Below, piece by piece: positions 1-7,132 of a DNA stretch of 35,354 nucleotides. Under the pieces are notes generated by a model. That model did no database searches, had not been told where the DNA came from, and saw only the letters and a program-made list of their open reading frames with translations. Both the position numbers and the translations under genes were made by a program. Numbering within the stretch: the first letter of the stretch is position 1; each line of letters opens with the position of its first letter. The DNA is from Planctomycetota bacterium (GTDB lineage Bacteria; Planctomycetota; Phycisphaerae; SM23-33): NCBI GenBank assembly GCA_026693065.1, contig JAPLNA010000203.1:9144-44497 (forward strand). Reading direction: 5' to 3'.

Positions 1-100
1 GTCCGTTCCAGTTTCGAAAGCCCAAACCGGGACGCGATAAACTCCCGCTCGACCTGTCTGATCCAGTGGAAACGGCCAAAATGGGCGGCACTTGCAGGCA

Positions 101-412
101 TCACTGGGGAGAGGTCAACTCTTTCGCCAATGCCAGGAAGGTTTCCTTCGACCAAGGGTTGGGCCACCGAACCATAGAATCCGTAAACAAGACCCACCGA
201 TCCTTCTGCCGAAGGAGAAGGAATCGGTTGAAAGAGGGGAAGGCTAAGAGGTCCACCCTGCCTTCACCACCGACTATGTTGCGGGCAACAGGATCCAGCA
301 TTAGCGTCCCGTTCTCGGTTTGGATCCGCAACGTGGGAGCCCAATACGTGCCGAGGAATTCTTCGTGCAGTTCCTTCTGGAGACTGGCGACTTCCCCACC
401 GCTTTGACCCAC
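101..412 (-). CDS. Hypothetical small protein in a lower-GC segment; the reading frame is uncertain and may be frameshifted against an upstream 52-aa ORF starting at 459
   Basis: The six-frame track gives a 103-aa ORF. The local GC is about 53-58% against about 68% elsewhere. I recognise no motif. An adjacent out-of-frame ATG ORF (459 down to about 300) suggests an indel or a non-coding region. Confidence 0.2.
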   Translation of the reverse strand: MGQSGGEVASLQKELHEEFLGTYWAPTLRIQTENGTLMLDPVARNIVGGEGRVDLLAFPSFNRFLLLRQKDRWVLFTDSMVRWPNPWSKETFLALAKELTSPQ

Positions 413-545
413 TCAGCCTTCTTCACTTCCCAATCGATCTTGACTTCGGTAGTAGCCATGGTTCTCGGACCTCACGAAATAACCTTCTTATCGCTACACA
501 TTAAGTATACCCGCCCCAGGTGATGGGTCAACAATGCAATCCCCC

Positions 546-1034
546 CTACCGTCTCTTATTCATCGCCCGATTCATTTCCTTCTGCTGGTCCTTCTTCTTC
601 AGGTCTTCGCGCTTGTCGAAGAATTTCTTACCGATGGCCAGGCCGACCTCGCACTTGGCCCAGCCGCCTTTGAAGTACATCGCCAGCGGGACGATCGTCT
701 TGCCCTTCTGCTTGACGTGCATTTCCAGTTGTTTGATCTGGCGGCGGTGGACGAGGAGGCGGCGTTCGCGGAGGGGTTCGTGCTGCATCATGGCCCCGGC
801 CTGGGGATAGGTGGCGATGTTCACGCCGACGAGAATCAGTTGCCCGTTGCGGACGCGGGCGAAGCCCTCGTCGAGTTGGGCCTGTCCGGCCCGGAGGCTT
901 TTGACCTCGGTGCCGGTGAGGGCCAGCCCGCACTCGAGCACTTCCAGGATCTGGAAATTGTGCCAGGCCTTGCGATTGGCGATTCGCGGGCCTTCGGAGT
1001 GCGACTTCTCGTCTTTGGGCTTCTTCTTGGCCAT
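546..1034 (-). CDS. smpB: SsrA-binding protein SmpB
   Basis: The 162-aa translation carries the canonical SmpB core (ANRKAWHNFQILE...GTEVKSLRAG...) and a lysine/arginine-rich C-terminal tail. It lies 5 nt downstream of rsmB. Confidence 0.93.
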   Translation of the reverse strand: MAKKKPKDEKSHSEGPRIANRKAWHNFQILEVLECGLALTGTEVKSLRAGQAQLDEGFARVRNGQLILVGVNIATYPQAGAMMQHEPLRERRLLVHRRQIKQLEMHVKQKGKTIVPLAMYFKGGWAKCEVGLAIGKKFFDKREDLKKKDQQKEMNRAMNKRR

Positions 1035-1039
1035 GGTGT

Positions 1040-2416
1040 TTACCGGACGTCGAATATAGCAGTATATCCGCCGTCCCGCCAGCAGGCCGGTTCGTCGGCC
1101 CCGCCCGGGAGGGTCAGCTCATCCCGGACGAGCTTGAGCCGCGGGTTCTTTTTCACCAGGGCGCGGGCGAGTTCGCCGCATTCTTCCGGCTCGATGCTGC
1201 ACGTGCTGTAGACCAGCCGCCCGCCCGGGCGGACGTATCGGGCGGCCAGGCCGGCGAGGATCTGCTGGTCGGCGGCCAGGGCGGAAAAGGAGCGGTCGTC
1301 GCACCGCCATCGTGCCTCGGCCCGGCGGGCGAGCACGCCCGTGTTGCTGCACGGGGCGTCCACCAGGGCCAGGTCGAAGCTCGCCTCGGGCAGTTGGGCG
1401 ACGTTCTCGGCCAGCATGGTGGTGACGATGGAGATGCCCATGCGGCGGCAACTGTCGTCGATGCGGCTGAGTTTTTCCTGGCTGACGTCGAGGGCGACGA
1501 TCCGCCCGCGATTGGCCATCCGTTCGGCCAGGTGGGTGGTCTTCGTGCCGGGGGCGGCGCAGAAGTCCAGCACGTTCATACCGGGTTGCACTTCGCAGGC
1601 GGGGGCGACGGCGGCGGCGGTGGCGTCCTGGGGCTGGATGAGCCCGGCCTTCAGGGCAGCCATCTGCTGCACGTTGGCCACGCCCTCGAGGACGATGCAG
1701 CGTCCCCCGGCGTGAAGCTGGGCCTGGGCGCCTTCGGTTTGCAGGGCGGCGAGGATTTCCTCCACGCTGCCCTTGAGGGTGTTGGGGCGGACGAGCAGGG
1801 GCGCGCGGGCGGCGGCCTGGGCGGCGATCGGCAGGGCGCCGGCGAGCCCGCCGAAGCGGGCCACCCACCGCCCCGCCAGCGACTCGGGCAACGAGTACGC
1901 CGCCGCGAGATACCCGCCCGGGTCGTCGGCGGGCGAGGGGAAGACCTCGCGGCCGATGCGTCGCCCGGCCCGGGGGCTTGTGGGGATCACGTCGGCGGCC
2001 GGGGGCAGGCCTTCTTCCGCCGCCGCCGAGAGCTCGCGGGTGATGCCTCGCAGCACGCCGTTGACGAACTTGCTCTGGCGGTTGTGTCCGAAACGCCCGG
2101 TCTGTGCGACGGCCTCGCTGACGGCGGCGAAGTCCGGCACGCGGTCAAGGAACAGCAGTTGGTAGAGGGCGACCTGGAGGATTTCCTGGACGGGCCCGGG
2201 GGGCCTGCGGTCGGCCTGGCGGAGGTAGGCACGCAGGACGGCGTCGAGGGTGCCCCGCCGGCGGAGCACGCCCAGGGCCAGTTCACGGGCAAGGGCCTTT
2301 TCGGCGGGCGGGGCGTTCGTGCCGGCGAACCGGTCGACGTGGGCGGTGACGTTGCCCCCGCGGTCTCGCAACGCGCGGACGGCGACGTCACGGGCGGTAG
2401 CGCCGTGGTCGCTCAT
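1040..2416 (-). CDS. rsmB: 16S rRNA (cytosine967-C5)-methyltransferase RsmB/Sun, with an N-terminal NusB-like domain
   Basis: The 458-aa protein has a NusB-like N-terminus and a SAM-dependent methyltransferase core (LDFCAAPGTKTTHLA, DAPCSNTGV, catalytic Cys region STCSIEPEE). Its start overlaps the fmt stop in an ATGA junction, the classic fmt-sun arrangement. Confidence 0.9.
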   Translation of the reverse strand: MSDHGATARDVAVRALRDRGGNVTAHVDRFAGTNAPPAEKALARELALGVLRRRGTLDAVLRAYLRQADRRPPGPVQEILQVALYQLLFLDRVPDFAAVSEAVAQTGRFGHNRQSKFVNGVLRGITRELSAAAEEGLPPAADVIPTSPRAGRRIGREVFPSPADDPGGYLAAAYSLPESLAGRWVARFGGLAGALPIAAQAAARAPLLVRPNTLKGSVEEILAALQTEGAQAQLHAGGRCIVLEGVANVQQMAALKAGLIQPQDATAAAVAPACEVQPGMNVLDFCAAPGTKTTHLAERMANRGRIVALDVSQEKLSRIDDSCRRMGISIVTTMLAENVAQLPEASFDLALVDAPCSNTGVLARRAEARWRCDDRSFSALAADQQILAGLAARYVRPGGRLVYSTCSIEPEECGELARALVKKNPRLKLVRDELTLPGGADEPACWRDGGYTAIFDVR

Positions 2417-3357
2417 GAGCTCACGCTCACGAACCGGTCGCCGGGGGCCAGGCGATGGCCGTTGAGGAACGCCTTCCAGGGCATCCGCTTCTTGCCGGCG
2501 GGCTGGATCTCGAGGACCTCCACGCGTCCAACGCCGGCGGCGATCATCATGTCGGAGTCCAGCTCCCCGGGCGCCCGCCCTGCCCCGTCGTCGCGGGCTC
2601 GGGCGCGGGCGATCGTGACGGGCAGCTCCCGCCCGTCCCTCGCCGCGAGCACGGCCTGCCCGCCGGGCCAGGGGCAGGCGCCGTTGATGCGGGCGGCCAG
2701 GGCGTCGGCAGGCACGGTGAAATCCAGCCGCCCGTCTTCCTTCTTCAGCTTGGGCGCCAGCGTGGCCTTCGACTCATCCTGCGCCACCCCCCGGGCCGTA
2801 CCGGCCTCCAACTCGTCCAGCACCTTCAGGCCAAGCTCCGCCCCGATGTCCGCCAGGCGGTCGTGCAGTTCCTCGGCCGTTTCGGCGTCGCCGACGGGCG
2901 TGGTGGCCGTGCCGTAGATTTCGCCGGCGTCCATGCGGTCGACCAGGGAGAAGAACGACACGCCGGTGTGTTTGAAGCCACGGATGAGGGCCCAGTTGAT
3001 GGGGGCGGCCCCGCGGAGTTCGGGCAGGACGGAGCCGTGGAGGTTGAACGCCCCCCGCCCGGCCGTCTGGCGGACCGCGGCGCGGACCATCTGCCCGAAA
3101 TCGGCGACGTAGATCAGGTCGGGCCTGTGGGTTTGAATCGTCTGGACCATGGCGGGGTCGTTGATATTGGGGCACTCGACGGCGGCTAGGCGCAACTCCC
3201 CCGCCGCGGCGGCCACGTGCGTGTGCCTGACCTTGCCCCCCCGTCCGGCGGGCCTGGCCGGCTGGGTGACGACGTACACCACCTCATGCCGCGAGCTCGC
3301 CAGAGCCCGCAACGATGGCACCGCAAATCCGCCGCTTCCGCAAAACACAATCCGCAT
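2413..3357 (-). CDS. fmt: Methionyl-tRNA formyltransferase
   Basis: The translation from ATG at 3357 begins MRIVFCGSGGFAVPSL. It has the formyltransferase N-domain (HGSVLPELRGAAPINWALI) and the C-terminal Fmt domain. The ORF track's longer 3456 start adds a non-conserved 33-aa leader, so I chose 3357. Confidence 0.9.
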   Translation of the reverse strand: MRIVFCGSGGFAVPSLRALASSRHEVVYVVTQPARPAGRGGKVRHTHVAAAAGELRLAAVECPNINDPAMVQTIQTHRPDLIYVADFGQMVRAAVRQTAGRGAFNLHGSVLPELRGAAPINWALIRGFKHTGVSFFSLVDRMDAGEIYGTATTPVGDAETAEELHDRLADIGAELGLKVLDELEAGTARGVAQDESKATLAPKLKKEDGRLDFTVPADALAARINGACPWPGGQAVLAARDGRELPVTIARARARDDGAGRAPGELDSDMMIAAGVGRVEVLEIQPAGKKRMPWKAFLNGHRLAPGDRFVSVSS

Positions 3358-3368
3358 GGCCGGTCCCA

Positions 3369-3566
3369 TCACTCTCCGACAGCGGGCGGCAAGGGGGGAA
3401 TCAAGGGTTCCAGAAGGGCAATCAGTTCCGTAACGTGAACCGTAGCCACCCGCCAAAGCTTCTCTTGGATGATCTCGCCGTATTCATGAGCGACAAACTG
3501 CCGTATCTTCCTGGCGGCCTCGAGCATGTCCCAGAGACGGGAGGCGTCGTCGGTTTCATGCGGCAT
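3369..3566 (-). CDS. HepT/DUF86 (HEPN)-like small protein. It appears to be only the N-terminal two helices, so it is probably a truncated or degenerate toxin partner of the upstream MNT
   Basis: The 65-aa ORF overlaps the MNT gene end by 11 nt and stops 11 nt before fmt. Its pattern LWDMLEAARKI...WRVATVHVTELIA resembles HEPN/DUF86 helices alpha1 and alpha2. An Rx4HxY-like string (RQFVAHEY) is present, but at the wrong position for the catalytic motif. The protein is too short for a complete HEPN fold. Confidence 0.45.
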   Translation of the reverse strand: MPHETDDASRLWDMLEAARKIRQFVAHEYGEIIQEKLWRVATVHVTELIALLEPLIPPLPPAVGE

Positions 3567-3861
3567 AGATCACCTCGCGAGTCCGGAGGATATTGTGCCG
3601 CCGGAAGGGATTGCGGAGCCCTTCCTTTTCCACGAGGTCCACATCCCGATGGAACATCGCCATCAATTCTTCTCGCATCTTCACCAGGCCGAGAAGATCC
3701 CAATGGGCCTCCGGATGGAAGCTCACCAGCACGTCCACGTCGCTGTCGGGGCTGAAGTCCTGCCGCAACACCGAACCAAACAACGAGAACTCCCTGACCT
3801 TCCACTTCCGGCAGAACTCGCCGATCTGGGGCATTGAAATATCGAGGTTATGCCGGATCAT
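3556..3861 (-). CDS. mntA: Minimal nucleotidyltransferase (MNT/MntA-type) antitoxin of a HepT-MNT (type VII-like) toxin-antitoxin module
   Basis: The 101-aa protein carries the polymerase-beta nucleotidyltransferase signature LFGSVLRQDFSPDSDVDVLV (GS-x10-DxD). It is the first gene of the minus-strand operon and overlaps the downstream HEPN-like ORF. Confidence 0.8.
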   Translation of the reverse strand: MIRHNLDISMPQIGEFCRKWKVREFSLFGSVLRQDFSPDSDVDVLVSFHPEAHWDLLGLVKMREELMAMFHRDVDLVEKEGLRNPFRRHNILRTREVIYAA

Positions 3862-3867
3862 CGCTAC

Positions 3868-3896
3868 ATCCTATCGGCCCACGGTAGAAGGGTCAA
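3868..3896 (-). promoter_or_regulatory. Sigma70-like promoter for the mntA-hepT-fmt-rsmB-smpB operon. It reads TTGACC-N17-TAGGAT on the minus strand and implies a leaderless or near-leaderless mntA mRNA
   Basis: The reverse complement of 3868-3896 is TTGACC cttctaccgtgggccga TAGGAT. The -10 element ends about 6 nt before the ATG at 3861. Confidence 0.45.
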
Positions 3897-3936
3897 GGAC
3901 AACGGTAAGCCGGTCGGCAATTGGCCCCACCCGGCG

Positions 3937-3965
3937 TTGACAGCGATGGCGGGGGGCGGTAGAGT
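3937..3965 (+). promoter_or_regulatory. Sigma70-like promoter TTGACA-N17-TAGAGT, divergent from the mntA promoter and driving the lipoprotein/top6B genes
   Basis: TTGACA lies at 3937-3942 and TAGAGT at 3960-3965. A ribosome-binding site AAGGAACGGGAGA precedes the ATG at 4007. Confidence 0.5.
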
Positions 3966-4006
3966 GACCTTCGGCCCCAACGTGGCCGGAAAGGAACGGG
4001 AGACAT

Positions 4007-4447
4007 ATGATGCGCACAATGGGAATCATGGTCCTGGCCGGATGCTGGCTGGGCGGGTGCGGTCCTCAGACGTATCCTGTGGCGTATCCGGAGGCGGCCC
4101 GAGCCGTCGCGGAACTCTACCCCGGCGGCGGGTCGGACCTGGCCGGCAAGTGCCCCGCGTATGACCGCGAGCTGGGCATCGGCAAGTTCGACATCAGCGC
4201 GGTAGGCAAGGAAGTTTCGCCGGGGCAGGAGTTCAGCGTACAGATCGAGAAGACGTGGGAGTACTCCTCCGCCCGGTTCACGACGATCAGCGTCCAGAAG
4301 GCCGATCAGGGCGTGATGATCACCGTGCGGAGCGAGAAGCAGTTGATCCCGGGCAAGGACGTGAGGGTGCGGGATGGACTGTACGAGTGGATAAGACAGT
4401 ATGAGATCCGCAAGGCGATGAAGGCGTTGAGCAACCCCGCGCCGTAG
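4007..4447 (+). CDS. Hypothetical lipoprotein
   Basis: The 146-aa protein has an N-terminal signal peptide with a lipobox (VLAGC). It has its own promoter and ribosome-binding site, and lies 21 nt upstream of top6B. Confidence 0.6.
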   Translation: MMRTMGIMVLAGCWLGGCGPQTYPVAYPEAARAVAELYPGGGSDLAGKCPAYDRELGIGKFDISAVGKEVSPGQEFSVQIEKTWEYSSARFTTISVQKADQGVMITVRSEKQLIPGKDVRVRDGLYEWIRQYEIRKAMKALSNPAP

Positions 4448-4468
4448 CGCGGGGGAAGAGACGATGGG

Positions 4469-6310
4469 ATGGCAAGGAAGCCGGTGATGGTGAAGAAGAA
4501 AGAGACGCCAAAAGGCAAGCCCCAACGTAAGCCGCGAGTGGAGAAGAAGGCGGCGCCGGAGCGGGAGAAGAAGAAAGAGGTCGGGAAACGGACCCCCGCG
4601 ACCACGGTGGAAGAAACGACCGCGAGCGAGGCGGAGGAAACGCCCGCGACGGGGAAGGGAGCGAAGGGGAAGAAGGGCGGGTACGCGACCGCGGAGTCGA
4701 TGGGCAAGGCCCAGCGGAGTATCTCGGTCAGCGAGTTCTTTGCCAAGAACCGCCACCTGTTGGGGTTCGATAACCCGCGAAAGGCCCTCCTGACTACGGT
4801 GAAGGAAGCGGTGGACAACTCCCTCGACGCCTGCGAAGAGGCCGGCATCATGCCTCGCGTCGAGATCTCCATCCAGGGCGTGAGCGAAACGCACTTCGTC
4901 GTGACGGTGCAGGACAACGGGCCGGGCATCGTGCGGAAACAGATCCCCAGCGTGTTCGGCCAGTTGCTCTACGGCAGCAAGTTCCACCGGCTGCGCATGA
5001 GCCGGGGACAACAGGGCATCGGGATCAGCGCCGCGGGGATGTACGGGCTGCTCACGACGGGCAAGCCCGTGCGGATCACGTCGCGGATCGGCGCGAAGGC
5101 CAAGGCGCACTACTACGAGCTGCAGATCGACACGTCGAAGAACCGCCCGGACATCATCCGTGACGAAGAGGTCGAGTGGGACTCTCCCCACGGCACGAAG
5201 GTGCAGATCGAACTGGAGGCCAAGTACCAGAAGGGCCGCCAGAGCGTGGACGATTACCTGCAGCAGACGGCCATCGCCAACCCGCACGTCTGTCTGATCT
5301 ACCACAGCCCGGACGGCCAAACGGCCGTGTACGAGGCGGCCGCCTCGCACCTGCCGCCGACGCCCAAGGAGATCCGCCCGCATCCGTACGGCGTGGAGCT
5401 GGGCGTGCTGCTGAAGATGCTGGGCGAGAGCAAGTCGCGGACGGTGCAGCATTTTCTCTCGACGGAGTTCTCGCGGGTCTCGCCGCGGGTGGCCAAGGAG
5501 ATTCTGGACAAGGCGGGCATCGGCGTGTCGGAGAAGCCCGCTCGTCTGGCCGGCGAGGCCGTCAGGAAGATCTACGCGGCCATTCAAGAGACGAAGATCA
5601 TGGCCCCCTCGACCGACTGCGTCGTGCCCATCGGCGAGGAGAAGCTGATCGCGGGGCTCAAGCAGGTGGTCAAGGCGGGGTTCTACGCCGCCGCCAGCCG
5701 GAGCCCGTCGGTGTATCGGGGGAATCCGTTCATCATCGAGGCGGCGATGGCGTATGGGGATCCGGACGAGGAAGAGAAGAAGGAACCGAAGGACGCCGAG
5801 CCGCAAGCGGCGGAGGGAGCCCCCACGCCCACGACGGATGAGGATGAGGAGGAGCTCCAGGCGGCGAAGCTGATCCGGTTCGCCAATCGCGTGCCGCTGC
5901 TGTACCAGCAGAGCGCGTGCGCGATCTACAAGTCGGTGGTGGGGATGAACTGGCGGTCGTACGGCGTGCCGCAGTCGCGCGGGGCCCTGCCGACCGGGCC
6001 CCTGACCGTCGTGGTCCACATGGCCAGCGTCTGGGTGCCCTTTACCAGCGAAAGCAAGGAAGCCATCGCCGGCTACCCGGAGATCATGAAGGACATCCGC
6101 CTGGCCCTGCAGTTGTGCGGGCGGAAGCTCGGACTGCACATCCGCAAGGGGCGGCGGATCGAGCAGGAACTCAAGAAACGCAGTTACATCGAGAAATACA
6201 TCCCCGCGATCGGCGAGGCCCTCCGCGACATCCTGAGCCTGAAGGAGGCCCAGGTCACGACGGTGTGCGCCCGCCTGCGGGACGTGCTCGAACGCAGTCG
6301 CAAGTTTTAG
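4469..6310 (+). CDS. top6B: DNA topoisomerase VI subunit B (GHKL ATPase, H2TH and transducer domains) with an N-terminal lysine-rich extension of about 80 aa
   Basis: The 613-aa protein shows these Top6B hallmarks, with the S. shibatae counterpart in parentheses. SVSEFFAKNRHLLGFDNPRKALLTTVKEAVDNSLDA (SPAEFFKRNPELAGFPNP...ELIENSLDA). NGPGI...FGQLLYGSKF (NGIGIP...FGRVLYSSKY). SRGQQGIGISAAGMY (TRGMYGLGVKAAVLY). RPHPYGVE (KPHPYGVD). A C-terminal transducer region (LIRFANRVPLLY...). Residues 1-80 are a lysine/proline/glutamate-rich basic tail. Confidence 0.85.
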   Translation: MARKPVMVKKKETPKGKPQRKPRVEKKAAPEREKKKEVGKRTPATTVEETTASEAEETPATGKGAKGKKGGYATAESMGKAQRSISVSEFFAKNRHLLGFDNPRKALLTTVKEAVDNSLDACEEAGIMPRVEISIQGVSETHFVVTVQDNGPGIVRKQIPSVFGQLLYGSKFHRLRMSRGQQGIGISAAGMYGLLTTGKPVRITSRIGAKAKAHYYELQIDTSKNRPDIIRDEEVEWDSPHGTKVQIELEAKYQKGRQSVDDYLQQTAIANPHVCLIYHSPDGQTAVYEAAASHLPPTPKEIRPHPYGVELGVLLKMLGESKSRTVQHFLSTEFSRVSPRVAKEILDKAGIGVSEKPARLAGEAVRKIYAAIQETKIMAPSTDCVVPIGEEKLIAGLKQVVKAGFYAAASRSPSVYRGNPFIIEAAMAYGDPDEEEKKEPKDAEPQAAEGAPTPTTDEDEEELQAAKLIRFANRVPLLYQQSACAIYKSVVGMNWRSYGVPQSRGALPTGPLTVVVHMASVWVPFTSESKEAIAGYPEIMKDIRLALQLCGRKLGLHIRKGRRIEQELKKRSYIEKYIPAIGEALRDILSLKEAQVTTVCARLRDVLERSRKF

Positions 6311-6475
6311 CCGGCCCGACGGGGGGGGGGAACGGACGCGAGGCCCCCTGCGCGGCGCGAAGTCTTGACGTCAAAGGCTTGTAACCGCCCCGTGGGACAG
6401 GTAGGCTACACCGCGGATCAACAAGTCAGCGGTCACGCCCGGTGGGTTGGCCGAAGCGGGTGAAGGAGAACGGAC

Positions 6476-7132
6476 ATGATGATGGCCTCCTGGAACGACT
6501 GGTGGAACGACTTGACCGGGATGAACCAGGCGTTCTACATGGTGGCCGGCATCGTGAGTCTCCTGTTCTTGTGGCAGTTCCTCGCGTCGCTGGTGGGGCT
6601 GGCCGGGCACGGGGGGGACGTGGCCGGGGACGTGCACCCGGATGTCGGGATCGACGCGGCCCACCACGACGTTTCGGCCGTCGACGCGGTCGACTCCGTC
6701 GCGGCGTTCCAGTTGTTAACCGTCCGGTCGATCCTGGGGTTCCTGCTGCTGTTCTTCTGGGCCGGGGCGCTCTACATGGACAACGGCAAGGCCGTGGGGA
6801 TCGCCATGTTCTACGGGCTGCTCTGGGGGCTGGCCGGCGGGCTGGCGGTGGCCGTGCTGGTGCACTACCTGCGCAAGCTCGCGGAAACGGGGACGGCCAG
6901 GCTGTCCACGTCCGTGATGACAACGGGCACGGTGTACCTGAACATACCGGCCGGCGGGGCGGGCGAGGTACGGGTGGCGGTAAGCGGGCGAATTACGCAC
7001 GTGGCGGCCAGAGCGGTCGACGGCGGTGCCATTCCGGCCGGTACGCCGATACGAGTGGTCCAACTACTTCCTGACAACGTAGTGACGGTGGAACCGGTGA
7101 AGGGTACCGAGAATCGAAAGGAGCCATCCTGA
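6476..7132 (+). CDS. NfeD-family membrane protein (a YuaF-like partner of flotillin)
   Basis: The 218-aa protein has several N-terminal transmembrane helices and a C-terminal soluble beta-rich segment (GEVRVAVSGRITHVAARAV..IRVVQLL) typical of the NfeD OB-fold. It overlaps the flotillin gene start by 1 nt (TGATG). Confidence 0.65.
   Translation: MMMASWNDWWNDLTGMNQAFYMVAGIVSLLFLWQFLASLVGLAGHGGDVAGDVHPDVGIDAAHHDVSAVDAVDSVAAFQLLTVRSILGFLLLFFWAGALYMDNGKAVGIAMFYGLLWGLAGGLAVAVLVHYLRKLAETGTARLSTSVMTTGTVYLNIPAGGAGEVRVAVSGRITHVAARAVDGGAIPAGTPIRVVQLLPDNVVTVEPVKGTENRKEPS

Noticed and set aside
1-545. tmRNA (ssrA) adjacent to smpB
   Set aside because: I found no GGTTCGA-type T-arm, no acceptor end, and no reading frame for a tag peptide ending in a stop on either strand.
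1119-2917. Long alternate-frame ORFs (1119..1868 minus, 249 aa; 1394..2917 plus, 507 aa) overlapping rsmB/fmt
   Set aside because: They have arginine/glycine/proline-rich low-complexity translations. They lie antisense or out of frame to well-recognised genes. This is the typical high-GC artefact.
3369-3566. RQFVAHEY in the 65-aa ORF as the catalytic Rx4HxY motif of HepT
   Set aside because: The motif lies at residues 22-29. In HepT it lies in the C-terminal helix, after about 85 residues. The ORF more probably covers only the N-terminal helices, so the match is treated as coincidental.
3893-6139. 748-aa minus-strand ORF antisense to top6B
   Set aside because: The arginine/leucine/histidine-rich translation has no motifs. 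It overlaps the clearly conserved top6B on the other strand.
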